DNA of 64,000 nt, taken from the NCBI GenBank assembly GCA_041158225.1, contig JBEBBU010000165.1, positions 256-64,255 of the forward strand. Direction: 5' to 3'. Origin of the DNA: Pseudomonadota bacterium. GTDB taxonomy: Bacteria > Pseudomonadota > Gammaproteobacteria > Methylococcales > Methylococcaceae. How positions within the stretch are numbered: the first letter of the stretch is position 1; every line of letters begins with the position of its first letter. Positions 30,401-41,894 of this stretch are shown here, one piece after another. A program made the translations under genes and the position numbers. The notes beneath the pieces were generated by a model. It saw nothing but the letters and a program-made list of their open reading frames with translations, made no database searches and was not told the DNA's origin.

Positions 30401-30678
30401 TTATCAACCAGCTGCTTCAGGCAGGGGTTCCGCTGGAAGAAGCCATCAGACAGGGGGCTGCTTCGCGCCTGCGTCCCGTGCTGATGACGGCTCTGGTGGC
30501 GGCACTGGGCTTTGTGCCGATGGCACTGACGACGGGTACTGGCGCCGAGGTGCAGAAGCCGCTGGCCACCGTAGTCATTGGCGGGCTTGTATCAAGTACC
30601 ACGCTGACCCTGCTGGTGCTGCCGCTGCTTTACCAGTGGATGGAACTGCGCTGGAGGACTAGAGCATCCTTGCCATGA
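27457..30678 (+). CDS. CusA/CzcA-family heavy-metal efflux RND transporter
   Basis: The 1073-aa protein has a 12-TM architecture. It shows an N-terminal RYRVTVVVLTLMV..G motif, the DFGLIVDGAVIIVEN motif in TM4 and a conserved C-terminal half. Confidence 0.93.
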   Translation: MLAALLHLSIRYRVTVVVLTLMVFMLGLNALVSLPIDAVPDITNQQVQINALSPGLSPVDMEKQVTFPIETTLAGIKGLDYTRSLSRNGFAQVTAIFNDDVDIYFARQQISERLSDLRAGLPPGVDIRMGPIATGLGEIYMWSVEYRHPKGEGAELKPGQAGWQADGEYLTPEGLHLREPFELAAYLRTVQDWIVRPQVKTVAGVAGVDAIGGYVKQYHIRPDMTRLLSYGLTLHDLIGALDRNNTSMGAGYVENHGEAYQVRSDGRIRAISEINGIVIGSRGGAPIYVRDVADVGIGRELRSGAATKDGLEVVVGTALMRIGENSRTVSQAVDERIAAVQSALPPDIYIKPILNRTVLVDATIHTVRGNLLEGAALVIAILFWVLGNLRAALITAAVIPLAMLMTAMGMVQGGISGNLMSLGALDFGLIVDGAVIIVENCLRHLVERQHALGRQLTLEERLDEVALAARQVIQPSVFGQAIIITVYLPILSLTGIEGKMFHPMAMTVILALVAAFILSMTFVPAMVALVFSGRMEEKESRLVVWARSVYLPLLVNSLHHPRRVVLGAAIALVVALALSTRLGQEFAPTLDEKNLAIQVVRIPSISLTQAVTMQTQVEHTLAGVPEVAYVFSKIGTAEMATDPMPPNSTDMFVMLHPESRWPDPGKSKAELLREIEAALEHLPGNLYEFSQPIQLRFNELIAGVRSDVAVKLSGDEFEVLQPLAQAIGRRLASIPGAADVKVEQTDGLPVLNVAIDRDAMARYGLDIADVQDVVAIAIGGRDAGLVFEGDRRFSLMVRLPDAVRADLEALRRLPVPLPHQGSAGVYAPAFLPLGELAHIDISEGQNQVSRENGKRLVVIQTNVRDRDIGSFVMEAREVLEKEIRLPSGYWMSWGGQFENLVKAKARLMVVVPVCFMLIFFLLFSAFGTVRHAALIFSGIPFALVGGVVALVVRDMTFSMTSAVGFIALSGVAVLNGLVMVSFINQLLQAGVPLEEAIRQGAASRLRPVLMTALVAALGFVPMALTTGTGAEVQKPLATVVIGGLVSSTTLTLLVLPLLYQWMELRWRTRASLP

Positions 30679-31195
30679 CAATGGCATCTTCCCGCCCTCC
30701 GGCGGCTGGATAGTAGCCTTTGCGGGAGCCGATTTCATTGAATCCTGAACTTTGATACAGGGCTATTGCCCGGAAGTTGCTGGATCTGACTTCAAGAAAA
30801 AGCACATCAGCACCGCGGGTGCGCGCTTCATGGGCCAGATGTTCAAGGAGAACGCGCCCCAGTCCTTTGCCCTGTATTTCAGGCGCCAGACAGATGTTGA
30901 GCAGATGCGCTTCTCCTGCTGCGATGCTGAGTATGCCATAGGCGCAGATGCTTCCCTTGTATTCTCCAACCCAGCAGGGATATTTCATGAACAGGCAATC
31001 CCGGAAAGCTTCAGCTTCCCATGGAAAGGCATAAACCCGGCATTCCAGGGCATGTACTGGCCGGACATCATCCAGACGCATGTCACGCAGGGTTAGAGGC
31101 TGTTCTTGTGTCAGTTGTGAGTCCTGAGCATGTTGATGCTGGTTGCCATGCATCCAGTGTTTCATTCTTGCCATCCATGTGGGCATGTCATGCAT
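30659..31195 (-). CDS. rimI: Ribosomal-protein-alanine N-acetyltransferase
   Basis: The GNAT core is LLNICLAPEIQGKGLGRVLLEHL...LEVRSSNFRAIALYQSSGF. It overlaps the upstream udg gene. The true start may be an internal Met. Confidence 0.8.
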   Translation of the reverse strand: MHDMPTWMARMKHWMHGNQHQHAQDSQLTQEQPLTLRDMRLDDVRPVHALECRVYAFPWEAEAFRDCLFMKYPCWVGEYKGSICAYGILSIAAGEAHLLNICLAPEIQGKGLGRVLLEHLAHEARTRGADVLFLEVRSSNFRAIALYQSSGFNEIGSRKGYYPAAGGREDAIVMARML

Positions 31196-31880
31196 CCTGC
31201 CGGTCGTGAATCCTGCGTGCTGTCATGAGATCCTGCCAGGCCTTTGCTTTTTCCCGGGGTGAGCGCAGCAGATAAGCCGGATGATAGGTCACAATCAGCG
31301 GAATACCCGCATAATCATGCGTCTGACCGCGAAGGTTACTGAGAGACGCCTGAGTGGAGAGAATATTCTGGGCTGCTATCCGTCCAACGGCCACAATCAC
31401 CCGCGGCTTTAACAGCGCCAGTTGCTGACGCAGGAACGGCAGACAGTGTGCGGTTTCTTCAGGTAGAGGATCGCGGTTCTGCGGAGGGCGGCATTTGAGC
31501 ACATTGCAGATAAAAACATCTTCCCGTGCCTGTCCTACCGCTCTGAGCATTTCTGTCAGCAACTGTCCTGCGCGGCCTACAAAAGGCTCACCACGCAGGT
31601 CTTCCTGTTCGCCAGGTGCCTCACCTACAATAACCCAGCCTGCTGAAGGACTTCCACTGCCAAAGACGGTCTGGGTTCTGCTGGCTGACAGCGCACAGGC
31701 TGTACAGTTGGCTACCGCAGACCTGAGTGGTTCCCAGGCTCCTTCGCTACTGACGTGGTCACTGACCTCGGTAACAGAGCCTGAAAGCTCCGGATTCCTG
31801 GGTTCCCAGCGCCTGATGTTCAGGGCATCAAGGTAAACAGCACGACGCTGACTGTCCAGCGTCATGCCATCATCAGACAT
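31188..31880 (-). CDS. Uracil-DNA glycosylase, family 4
   Basis: The ORF contains the family 4 motifs [27 protein letters not shown] and HPAYLLR. Confidence 0.85.
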   Translation of the reverse strand: MSDDGMTLDSQRRAVYLDALNIRRWEPRNPELSGSVTEVSDHVSSEGAWEPLRSAVANCTACALSASRTQTVFGSGSPSAGWVIVGEAPGEQEDLRGEPFVGRAGQLLTEMLRAVGQAREDVFICNVLKCRPPQNRDPLPEETAHCLPFLRQQLALLKPRVIVAVGRIAAQNILSTQASLSNLRGQTHDYAGIPLIVTYHPAYLLRSPREKAKAWQDLMTARRIHDRQDA

Positions 31881-33414
31881 CGCCCACCTGGGGGTGGGTT
31901 CTTTGCCGGTCGCTCAGCAGGCGGTTGATGGCCTGGATATAAGCTTTGGAAGATGCTATGACAATGTCGGTATCTGCACCAGAACCATTGACGACCCGTC
32001 CTGCTTTTTCCAGCCTTACCGTTACTTCACCCTGGGCATCCGTGCCACTGGTGATACTGTTGACGGAATACAGCACAAGCGTGGATTCGCTGTGAACCAG
32101 CGAGTCAATGGCCTTGAGACTGGCATCCACGACACCACTTCCGGTGGCGGAACCGGTGATCTCGCGGCCATCCAGGCGTACGGTGACTCTGGCTTCAGGT
32201 GTTTCTCCGGTTTCTGAGCAGACGTGCAGAGCCACCAGCTGCAGGCGTTCATCCACGGGAGCGCTGGCTTCAGAGACCAGTGCCTGCAGGTCTTCGTCAA
32301 AAATCTCGTGTTTCTTGTCGGCCAGTACCTTGAAACGCTGGAACACACTGTTCAGCTCGGATTCAGAAGTCAGTTCTATGCCGAGTTCCTGCATTCTGGT
32401 GCGGAAGGCATTGCGTCCGGAGTGTTTGCCCAGCACCATGCGGTTGGCGGTCCAGCCAACATCTTCAGCCCGCATGATTTCGTAGGTTTCCCGGCTTTTC
32501 AGTACGCCGTCCTGGTGTATGCCAGATTCATGGGCAAAGGCATTGACGCCGACAATGGCCTTGTTGGGCTGTACCGGAAAGCCGGTGATGCTCGAGACCA
32601 GACGCGAGCAGCTGACGATTTCACGGGTATCAATACCCGTTGTGCAGGGAAAGAGATCGCTGCGGGTGCGTACCGCCATGACAATTTCTTCCAGTGCAGC
32701 ATTGCCGGCGCGTTCTCCCAGGCCATTGATAGTGCACTCAACCTGGCGGGCACCATGCATGACGGCGGCCAGTGAGTTGGCGACCGCCAGTCCAAGATCA
32801 TTGTGACAGTGCACGGAGAATACTGCCCTGTCAGCATTGGGTATACGTTCGCGCAGGCGTCCTATCATGGCGCCAAACTGTTCGGGAAAGGCATAGCCTA
32901 CGGTATCAGGAATGTTGAGCGTGGTGGCGCCTGCATCAATGACAGCCTCAAGAATGCGGCAGAGAAAGTCTTCTTCCGAGCGGCCGGCATCTTCCGGGGA
33001 AAACTCGACGCTGTCGGTATACTGCCTTGCCCTTCTGACGGCGCGTACCGCATGCTCAATTACCTGCTCGGGGCTCATGTTCAGCTTGCGCTGCATATGG
33101 ATGGGCGAGGTGGCAATAAAAGTATGAATACGGGACTGGCGGGCGTCACGCAGTGCCTCCCCTGCCTGATCAATATCCCTGTCCAGTGCGCGGGCAAGGC
33201 CACAGACCATGCTTTCACTGACGGCCCGGGCAACGGCCTGAACTGATTCAAAGTCTCCAGGGCTTGCAGCGGGAAAGCCTGCTTCAATGATGTCAACGCG
33301 CATACGCTCCAGCGCGCGTGCAATGCGAACCTTTTCATCCCGGGTCATGGAGGCTCCGGGGCTCTGTTCGCCATCACGCAGCGTGGTATCGAAGATGATC
33401 AGTTTATCGCTCAT
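31873..33414 (-). CDS. leuA: 2-isopropylmalate synthase
   Basis: The ORF contains [27 protein letters not shown] and the C-terminal LeuA regulatory domain. Confidence 0.95.
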   Translation of the reverse strand: MSDKLIIFDTTLRDGEQSPGASMTRDEKVRIARALERMRVDIIEAGFPAASPGDFESVQAVARAVSESMVCGLARALDRDIDQAGEALRDARQSRIHTFIATSPIHMQRKLNMSPEQVIEHAVRAVRRARQYTDSVEFSPEDAGRSEEDFLCRILEAVIDAGATTLNIPDTVGYAFPEQFGAMIGRLRERIPNADRAVFSVHCHNDLGLAVANSLAAVMHGARQVECTINGLGERAGNAALEEIVMAVRTRSDLFPCTTGIDTREIVSCSRLVSSITGFPVQPNKAIVGVNAFAHESGIHQDGVLKSRETYEIMRAEDVGWTANRMVLGKHSGRNAFRTRMQELGIELTSESELNSVFQRFKVLADKKHEIFDEDLQALVSEASAPVDERLQLVALHVCSETGETPEARVTVRLDGREITGSATGSGVVDASLKAIDSLVHSESTLVLYSVNSITSGTDAQGEVTVRLEKAGRVVNGSGADTDIVIASSKAYIQAINRLLSDRQRTHPQVGDV

Positions 33415-33435
33415 GGTATCTCCGGAAAATCGGCA

Positions 33436-34173
33436 TCAGGTTCGTCGTTCTGAACGGTGGCGTTTGAGCTGGGTCAGGGTCAGGGCGGGGCCTGAAACGG
33501 CATAGAGCGTGAACAGTATGAACAGCATCAATGCTGGATGCACAAAGATGACCCCGAAGACCAGCATGATCAGGATAACGCGCATGAAAGGCACACGTCC
33601 ACGCAGGTCAACATTCTTGAAACTGTGGTAGCGGAAATTGCTGACCATCAGCAGCCCCGTCAGTATGGTCATGACCAGGCCTGCCGTACTGATGGTGGCG
33701 CCCTGCAGTCCCTGCTCCTGACACAGCCAGACATAGCCGGCAATGATGGCTGCTGCTGCCGGGCTGGGAAGTCCCTGAAAATAACGTTTGTCTGCGGTGG
33801 CAATCTGGGTGTTGAATCTGGCCAGTCGCAAGGCACCGCCTGCAGCGTGCACGAAGGCAGCTACCCATCCCAGCTGTCCCATGGCGCTGAGTATCCAGAT
33901 ATACATGACAAGTGCCGGTGCTGCACCAAACGATATCAGATCCGCCATGCTGTCGTATTCTGCGCCGAAGGCACTCTGGGTATTGGTCATGCGTGCGACG
34001 CGCCCATCCATGCCATCCAGTACCATGGCAATGAAAATAGCGATGGCCGCCTGTTTGAAATCATGATTGATGGCTGCCGTGATGGCATAAAAACCGGAAA
34101 ACAGGGCCGCCGTGGTAAAAAGATTAGGTAGCAGGTAAATGCCACGCTGGCGTCGGGTGGATGAAGAGTCCAT
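33436..34173 (-). CDS. pssA: CDP-diacylglycerol--serine O-phosphatidyltransferase
   Basis: The CDP-alcohol phosphatidyltransferase motif DGMDGRVAR...G...DSMADL is present in a polytopic protein. Confidence 0.9.
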   Translation of the reverse strand: MDSSSTRRQRGIYLLPNLFTTAALFSGFYAITAAINHDFKQAAIAIFIAMVLDGMDGRVARMTNTQSAFGAEYDSMADLISFGAAPALVMYIWILSAMGQLGWVAAFVHAAGGALRLARFNTQIATADKRYFQGLPSPAAAAIIAGYVWLCQEQGLQGATISTAGLVMTILTGLLMVSNFRYHSFKNVDLRGRVPFMRVILIMLVFGVIFVHPALMLFILFTLYAVSGPALTLTQLKRHRSERRT

Positions 34174-34246
34174 GTTTGATGCCTCTGTCGTCAGCGATGC
34201 AGCAGACCCCGGACACTGCCGGGGTCATGGGTGCGGTAAAGACCAG

Positions 34247-35284
<1,038 letters not shown>

Positions 35285-35342
35285 TCAAGCAGTGCTTGAT
35301 CGGTGAAAAATAATGGTTAGGGATGCGCTATCTGTACGGCGG

Positions 35343-35828
35343 TCAGATGCCGTTGGCTCCCCGAATGATACCTGTGGTGCCTGAGCGTACCAGTTCAATG
35401 ATGCGCTCCATACCGAGCGCCTGGATGAATGCATCCATTTTCGACTGTTCCCCCGTCATTTCAATGACAAAGGTTTCGGGGGTGACATCAATGATCTTGC
35501 CGCGGAATATGTCTGTCAGTCGCTTGACTTCGTCACGATGCTCATGGGTGGCATGTACCTTGATCAGCATCAGTTCACGCTCAATCTGTCCGGCTTCGGG
35601 CAGATCCACGACCCTGACGACATCAATCAGCTTGTTAAGCTGCTTGACGATCTGCTCAATCACGGCTTCGCTACCTGAGGTGACCACTGTCATGCGTGAC
35701 AGGGCGGGATCCTGGGTAGGTGCCACGGTCAGGGATTCAATATTGTAGCCACGCGCCGAAAAAAGTCCGGCCACCCTGGCCAGGGCGCCGACCTCGTTTT
35801 CAATGAGGATGGAAATAATGTGCCTCAT
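35343..35828 (-). CDS. ilvH: Acetolactate synthase small (regulatory) subunit
   Basis: MRHIISILIENEVGALARVAGLFSARGYNIESLTV is an ACT domain. Confidence 0.95.
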   Translation of the reverse strand: MRHIISILIENEVGALARVAGLFSARGYNIESLTVAPTQDPALSRMTVVTSGSEAVIEQIVKQLNKLIDVVRVVDLPEAGQIERELMLIKVHATHEHRDEVKRLTDIFRGKIIDVTPETFVIEMTGEQSKMDAFIQALGMERIIELVRSGTTGIIRGANGI

Positions 35829-35831
35829 GGT

Positions 35832-37595
35832 TCAGGCAAGCTCCGTATCTATGCTGACGCCAGGTGCCAGGCGCATTTCGTGATGAGCCTTACCGGCTTC
35901 AATCATGGGATAGACATTTTCTGTCGGGTCGGTAAGGAAGTCCATGAATACCGTCCTGTCTTTCAGGCGCAGTGCTTCTTCCAGCGCAGGGCGTACATCA
36001 GCAGGGCGGGTGATGCGCATGCCGACATGTCCATAGGCTTCGGCAACCTTCACGAAGTCTGGCAGGGTTTCCAGGTAGGACTCGGAATAACGGGATTCAT
36101 AAATGAATTCCTGCCATTGTCTCACCATACCCATGTAGCCATTGTTGAGATTGACGATCTTGATGGGTGTACGGTACTGCAGCGCGGTGGCCAGTTCCTG
36201 TATGCACATCTGGATGCTGGCCTCGCCTGTAATACAGGCAACAGTTTCATCAGGGTGCGCAAGCTTGACGCCAATGGCGGCAGGCAGGCCGAAACCCATG
36301 GTGCCCAGCCCACCTGAGTTGATCCAGCGGCGCGGCTGGTCGAAGCGGTAATACTGGGCGGCCCACATCTGGTGCTGGCCGACATCCGAAGTGATGTAGG
36401 CCTTGCCCGATGTAGCTTCCCATAACTGTTCAACTACAAACTGTGGCTTGATCAGTTCAGCTGCGCGATCAAATTCCAGACAGCCGACACTGCGCCAGCG
36501 TTCGATGCGTTCCCACCATTCACAGATCGAAGCCGCATCGGGCTTCTGCCGGTGTGCTTCAATGGCGCCCTGCAACTGCGCAAGGCTGTCGCTGACATCA
36601 CCGACGATGGCAATATCCACGGCTACGGTTTTGGAGATCGAGGCTGGGTCAATGTCAATGTGAATGATTTTGGCATCAGGGCAGAACTCGGCAAGCTTGC
36701 CGGTAACCCGGTCGTCAAAGCGGGCGCCCACGGCCAGCAGTACGTCACATTCATGCATGGCCATATTGGCTTCGTAGGTGCCATGCATACCCAGCATGCC
36801 GATAAACTGGCGGTCAGTGGCGGGGTAGGAGCCAAGACCCATCAACGTCTGGGTGATGGGATAGCCCAAGGTGCGTGTCAGACGTACCAGTGCTTCTGAT
36901 GCATTACCAAGGACAACACCGCCGCCGGTGTAGATGACGGGACGTCTTGCTGCGAGCAGAAGATCGGCCGCCCGGGCAATCTGGCTGCTGTCACTGCTTG
37001 CCTGAGGTGCGTAACCCCGCATGGCAACCTGGTCGGGATAATGATAGGGGATCTTGATGTTGGGATCCGTCAGGTTTTTGGGAATATCCACCAGCACAGG
37101 ACCAGGTCTTCCGGTCGTGGCAATGTGGAAGGCCTTCCTGATGGTTTCGGCCAGTTTGTTCAGATCCTTGACCAGGAAATTATGTTTCACGCACGGACGT
37201 GTGATGCCAACAATGTCAGCTTCCTGAAAGGCGTCACTGCCGATGACGGGCAGTGGCACCTGGCCGGTAATGATGACCATGGGAATTGAGTCCATGTGCG
37301 CCGTGGCTATGCCGGTTACGGCATTGGTTGCGCCCGGCCCTGAGGTCACCAGCACAACACCCGGTTTACCCGTGGCGCGCGCATAACCATCCGCAGCATG
37401 GGTTGCGCCCTGTTCGTGGCGAACCAGGATGTGTTTGACCTTGTCCCGCTGGAAAAGCGCGTCGTAAATATGAAGCACGGCTCCACCCGGGTAGCCGAAG
37501 ATCATTTCCACGCCCTCGTCTTCAAGACACTGGACGACTATTTCCGCACCACTGAGCTCCACATTCACACCTGTAGCTGAAAAATCAGGAACCAT
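35832..37595 (-). CDS. ilvI: Acetolactate synthase large subunit
   Basis: The ORF contains GAEIVVQCLEDEGV..FGYPGG and the ThDP motif GGLGTMGFGLPAAIG. The exact start is uncertain. Confidence 0.95.
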   Translation of the reverse strand: MVPDFSATGVNVELSGAEIVVQCLEDEGVEMIFGYPGGAVLHIYDALFQRDKVKHILVRHEQGATHAADGYARATGKPGVVLVTSGPGATNAVTGIATAHMDSIPMVIITGQVPLPVIGSDAFQEADIVGITRPCVKHNFLVKDLNKLAETIRKAFHIATTGRPGPVLVDIPKNLTDPNIKIPYHYPDQVAMRGYAPQASSDSSQIARAADLLLAARRPVIYTGGGVVLGNASEALVRLTRTLGYPITQTLMGLGSYPATDRQFIGMLGMHGTYEANMAMHECDVLLAVGARFDDRVTGKLAEFCPDAKIIHIDIDPASISKTVAVDIAIVGDVSDSLAQLQGAIEAHRQKPDAASICEWWERIERWRSVGCLEFDRAAELIKPQFVVEQLWEATSGKAYITSDVGQHQMWAAQYYRFDQPRRWINSGGLGTMGFGLPAAIGVKLAHPDETVACITGEASIQMCIQELATALQYRTPIKIVNLNNGYMGMVRQWQEFIYESRYSESYLETLPDFVKVAEAYGHVGMRITRPADVRPALEEALRLKDRTVFMDFLTDPTENVYPMIEAGKAHHEMRLAPGVSIDTELA

Positions 37596-37622
37596 GCAAA
37601 ATACCCGTAACAGGCTCTTACG

Positions 37623-38135
37623 TCAAGCGCCATCAGCATCTGGCGTTTTTCCGGGCCGTAGCGTATCCACCAGAAGCAGGGTGATGCCAAGGGTGATGGC
37701 CGAATCAGCCAGATTGAATGCCGGCCAGTGCCACTGTTCGTGGTAAACGTCAATGAAGTCGATGACATAGCCATAGGCCAGCCGGTCGATCAGGTTGCCG
37801 ATGGCGCCACCCAGAACCATGGACCAGCCCAGAGCCTCACGGCGCCTGCCACTGTCCAGCTGCAACAGCTGCCAGGTGATGGCGATGCTGGCTGACAGGG
37901 CCAGTGCTACGAAGAACCAGCGCTGCCAGCCGCCAGCCTCACTGAGAAAGCTGAAAGCGGCGCCCTGATTGCGGACATAGGTCAGCTGCAGCCATGAAAA
38001 AACGCCGACGGTCTCGTGCAGGCTGAAATGCCGGTCTATCCAGATTTTGCTCATCTGGTCAAGCACGATGGACGCCAGGCTGAGCAGCAGCCAGCCTGCC
38101 ACCTCAATGCGTTTCATTTTCATGGGCAGACTCAT
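37623..38135 (-). CDS. lspA: Lipoprotein signal peptidase II
   Basis: The 170-aa, 4-TM protein contains the NQGAAFSFL and FNLADSAI motifs. It overlaps the ileS stop by 4 nt. Confidence 0.9.
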   Translation of the reverse strand: MSLPMKMKRIEVAGWLLLSLASIVLDQMSKIWIDRHFSLHETVGVFSWLQLTYVRNQGAAFSFLSEAGGWQRWFFVALALSASIAITWQLLQLDSGRRREALGWSMVLGGAIGNLIDRLAYGYVIDFIDVYHEQWHWPAFNLADSAITLGITLLLVDTLRPGKTPDADGA

Positions 38136-40963
38136 CCTATGTGTCGTGTTTCGCCATGGCCTTCCACGTTCTCGACACAGCGGCCACAGAGTTCAGGATG
38201 GGCTGGTGAATGGCCAATATCAGGCCGGTGGTGCCAGCAGCGTACACATTTACCATGCTGGCTGGGCCTGATGACGAGTTGCAGTCCCTCAATGCTGCTG
38301 CCTGTCGCGCCATCGATCCGCGTGTCTGCCAGATGAATGCGTGCTTCGGACGTCAGCAGCAGGAAGCGGAGTTCCGTTCCGGTTTTTTCCAGCAGGGCAT
38401 GCAGGTCAGTTGATGCAAAGAGATCAACCTCGGCATCCAGTGAGGCGCCAATGTCACCCTGTGCCCGCAGGCTTTCCAGTTCCTTGCTGACAGCTTCGCG
38501 CACCTTGATCAGCAGATCCCAGTCATGCGACTGCAGCGCTGCCGTGGCATCCATCGGCACCAGTTCCTCATACCATGTGGTGAAGAAAACGGAGTCAGCC
38601 CGTTTGCCGGGAAGATATTGCCAGATCTCTTCGGCGGTGAAGCTGAGGATGGGAGCCAGCCAGCGGGTCATGGCTTCCGCAATGTGATACAGGGCGGTCT
38701 GTGCGGAGCGTCTTGGCAGGCTGTCAGTCTGGCAGGTGTACTGCCGGTCCTTCAGGACATCAAGGTAGAAGGCGCCAAGATCAACCGCACAGAAATGATG
38801 GGCCTTCTGGTAGACGGTATGGAACTGGTAGTTTTCATAGGCTGCGATGATGTCCTGCTGCAGATGCCAGGCCCGGTCCAGCGCCCAGCGGTCGAGTGCC
38901 AGCATGCTTTGCAGGGGCACAGCATGAACGGCTGGATCAAAACCATCCAGATTGGCCAGCAGGTAGCGTGCGGTATTGCGCAGGCGCCGGTAGACGTCTG
39001 AAGTCCGTTTGAGGATTTCATCCGACACCGTCATTTCGCCGCGATAATCGGTGGCTGAAACCCATAGGCGCAGAATGTCGGCTCCCAGGGTCTGCATGAC
39101 CTTCTGCGGCGCCACGACATTACCTTTTGACTTTGACATCTTGTGACCGTTCGCATCAACGGTGAAGCCATGGGTCAGCACTGCACGGTAAGGAGGCTCT
39201 CCATGCATGGCCATGGCCGAAAGCAGGGAGGACTGGAACCATCCGCGATGCTGGTCTGAACCTTCCAGATAGAGGTCGGCAGGATAATGCAGTTCCGGCC
39301 GCTGTTTCAGGACGCAGCTGTGAGTTACGCCCGAGTCGAACCAGACATCCAGCGTGTCGCGTATGACGGCATAGTCAGCTGCCTGTTCTCCAAGAAGCTC
39401 TACAGGGTCGAGAGCGAACCATGCCTCAATACCGGCCTTCTCGATACGTTGGGCTACCTGTTCAATCAGGGCGTCGGTGTCGGGATGGAGTTCCCCTGTC
39501 TGTCTGTGCACGAACAGGGCGATAGGCGCTCCCCAGTTTCGCTGGCGTGAAACGCACCAGTCAGGGCGGCCGGCCACCATGCCTTCGATTCTGGCCTGGC
39601 CCCAGTCAGGAATCCACTGTACCTGCTGGATGGCTTCAAGGGTGTCCTGACGCAGCCCTGCATGATCCATGGCGATGAACCATTGTGGCGTGGCCCGGAA
39701 AATGACAGGTGTCTTGTGGCGCCAGCAATGAGGGTAGCTGTGTTCAATTCTGGCATGATGCAGAAGGGCGCCATTTTCCTGCAGCAGGTCAATCACCAGG
39801 GGGTTGGCCTGGCTGACGTGCCTGCCGGCAAAATGCGGGGTGCCTTCCAGAAAGCAGCCGTTGTCGCCCACGGGATTCTCGACTGGCAGTCCATAGCGCA
39901 TGCCGGCCACATAGTCTTCCTGACCATGGCCAGGCGCTGTATGCACAGCCCCCGTTCCTGCGTCAACGGTGACATGATCGCCAAGGATCAAGGGTACCTG
40001 TCGTTCAGGCAGGAAGGGATGCTGCAGATGGAGTCCTTCCAGGGCTTCCCCCTTGCCATAGGCAAGTACATGGTAATGTTCGATCCCGGCCCTCAGCAGC
40101 GTGTCTTTGACCAGGGCTTCCGCCATGAGCAGGCGCTCATCCTGATCTTCGCACTGTACCACGGCATAATCCAGGTCTGGATTGAGGGCGACTGCCTGGT
40201 TGGCGGGCAGTGTCCATGGCGTTGTGGTCCAGATGACAACTGAAAGTGGACCTTTGCCATGATGGCCCTGGACAGCGTGCAGTCGCTGCATGAGTGCTTC
40301 GTCATCACAGGCACGAAAACGCACATCAATAGCGGAAGACTGGCGGTTTTCATACTCGACCTCGGCTTCTGCGAGCGCTGACCCGCAATCCGTGCACCAG
40401 TGAACCGGCTTTTTGCCTTGGGTAAGGTGACCTTCACGGATGATTTTGCCCAGACTGCGTACGATATTGGCTTCAAACACCGGATCCATGGTCAGATAAG
40501 GGTGCTCCCAGTCACCCTGTACACCCAGGCGTCTGAAGGCGTTGCGCTGGATGTCAACCTGTTCCGCGGCATAGCGTCTGCAGGCGTCGCGGAATTCGGC
40601 AACACTGACTTTCACGCCAGGTTTTCCCACCTTTTTTTCGACCATGAGTTCGATGGGAAGTCCGTGGCAGTCCCAGCCGGGTACATACGGGGCGTCAAAA
40701 CCCGCCAGTGTCTTGCTCTTGACGATGAAGTCTTTCAGGATCTTGTTGACGGCGTGGCCAATATGGATTTCGCCATTGGCATAAGGAGGGCCGTCGTGCA
40801 GTACAAAGCGTGGGCGGCCCGCGCTAATGGTGCGGATGCGCGCATAAAGCCCGCCTTTTTCTTCCCAGCGTGCCAGTTGTTCCGGTTCCCGCTGCGCCAG
40901 GTTGGCTTTCATGGGAAAGTCGGTGGTGGGTAGATTGAGCGTGCTTTTGTAATCCATGGTCAT
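38132..40963 (-). CDS. ileS: Isoleucine--tRNA ligase
   Basis: The ORF has the HIGH motif ([12 protein letters not shown]), the KMSKS motif (KMSKSKGN) and a C-terminal zinc-binding CxxC pair. Confidence 0.97.
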   Translation of the reverse strand: MTMDYKSTLNLPTTDFPMKANLAQREPEQLARWEEKGGLYARIRTISAGRPRFVLHDGPPYANGEIHIGHAVNKILKDFIVKSKTLAGFDAPYVPGWDCHGLPIELMVEKKVGKPGVKVSVAEFRDACRRYAAEQVDIQRNAFRRLGVQGDWEHPYLTMDPVFEANIVRSLGKIIREGHLTQGKKPVHWCTDCGSALAEAEVEYENRQSSAIDVRFRACDDEALMQRLHAVQGHHGKGPLSVVIWTTTPWTLPANQAVALNPDLDYAVVQCEDQDERLLMAEALVKDTLLRAGIEHYHVLAYGKGEALEGLHLQHPFLPERQVPLILGDHVTVDAGTGAVHTAPGHGQEDYVAGMRYGLPVENPVGDNGCFLEGTPHFAGRHVSQANPLVIDLLQENGALLHHARIEHSYPHCWRHKTPVIFRATPQWFIAMDHAGLRQDTLEAIQQVQWIPDWGQARIEGMVAGRPDWCVSRQRNWGAPIALFVHRQTGELHPDTDALIEQVAQRIEKAGIEAWFALDPVELLGEQAADYAVIRDTLDVWFDSGVTHSCVLKQRPELHYPADLYLEGSDQHRGWFQSSLLSAMAMHGEPPYRAVLTHGFTVDANGHKMSKSKGNVVAPQKVMQTLGADILRLWVSATDYRGEMTVSDEILKRTSDVYRRLRNTARYLLANLDGFDPAVHAVPLQSMLALDRWALDRAWHLQQDIIAAYENYQFHTVYQKAHHFCAVDLGAFYLDVLKDRQYTCQTDSLPRRSAQTALYHIAEAMTRWLAPILSFTAEEIWQYLPGKRADSVFFTTWYEELVPMDATAALQSHDWDLLIKVREAVSKELESLRAQGDIGASLDAEVDLFASTDLHALLEKTGTELRFLLLTSEARIHLADTRIDGATGSSIEGLQLVIRPSQHGKCVRCWHHRPDIGHSPAHPELCGRCVENVEGHGETRHIG

Positions 40964-41889
40964 TGTTTCGCAGTTGTAAAGTAATGGCGTGCCTGTGCCG
41001 CATCACGGGTGATCTGCTGGCGCAGGCTTTCCAGATCGGGGAAACGCTGCTCTTCACGCAGTTTGTGCTGCAGTGCTACAGCCACGCGCGATCCGTACAG
41101 GTTGCCAGAAAAGTCGAAAGCATGAACTTCCAGCAGTGCTTCCGGCTGACCGGCCAGTGAAGGCCTGATGCCGATATTGGCAACGCCATGCAGCCGGAGT
41201 CCATGATGGGTTCGCATTGTAACGGCAAACACGCCTGTCAAGGGCAGGTTTTTCCGCATCAGCCTGATGTTGGCGGTGGGGAAGCCGAGCCTGCGGCCCA
41301 GTCTGGCACCGCTGACGACTTTGCCATGCATGGTGTAATCACGTCCCATCAGCTTGCGTGCCAGCTCAAGATTACCCTGTTCCAGTGCTGCGCGCAGACG
41401 GGTGCTGCTGATGCGTTCACCTTCGAAGTGCAGGGGCGGCGTATCACTGACACTGAATCTGCCATCTGCGCGCAACAGCGCAAAATTGCCTTCACGGCCT
41501 CTGCCGAAGCGGAAGTCATCGCCAATGACAAGATGGTTGATGTGCAGCCGGTGCACCAGAACCTGTTCGATGAAGGATGCGGCATCCAGGTCAGCCAGTG
41601 TGTGGTCGAAACGCAGCACCAGCACATGGTCAACCGGCATCTGCCGGAGTAGCAGCAGCTTGTCACCAAGCCGGCTCAGGCGCGCCGGCGCTGCGCCACC
41701 TTCAAAAAACTCACGGGGCTGTGGTTCAAACAGTACGATGCAGACGGGGAGCCCGGACTGTCTGCCCATATCAGCCAGGCGCTGGATCAGGGTCTGATGT
41801 CCCAGATGCAGTCCATCAAAATTGCCAATGGTGGCGACGCAGCCATCAGTGGCGATGGGGGATCCGTGAAGTCCGTGGTGAATGCGCAT
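40960..41889 (-). CDS. ribF: Bifunctional riboflavin kinase / FMN adenylyltransferase
   Basis: The ORF contains [14 protein letters not shown] and the C-terminal riboflavin kinase domain (GFPTANI). Confidence 0.93.
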   Translation of the reverse strand: MRIHHGLHGSPIATDGCVATIGNFDGLHLGHQTLIQRLADMGRQSGLPVCIVLFEPQPREFFEGGAAPARLSRLGDKLLLLRQMPVDHVLVLRFDHTLADLDAASFIEQVLVHRLHINHLVIGDDFRFGRGREGNFALLRADGRFSVSDTPPLHFEGERISSTRLRAALEQGNLELARKLMGRDYTMHGKVVSGARLGRRLGFPTANIRLMRKNLPLTGVFAVTMRTHHGLRLHGVANIGIRPSLAGQPEALLEVHAFDFSGNLYGSRVAVALQHKLREEQRFPDLESLRQQITRDAAQARHYFTTAKQ

Positions 41890-41894
41890 GAATG

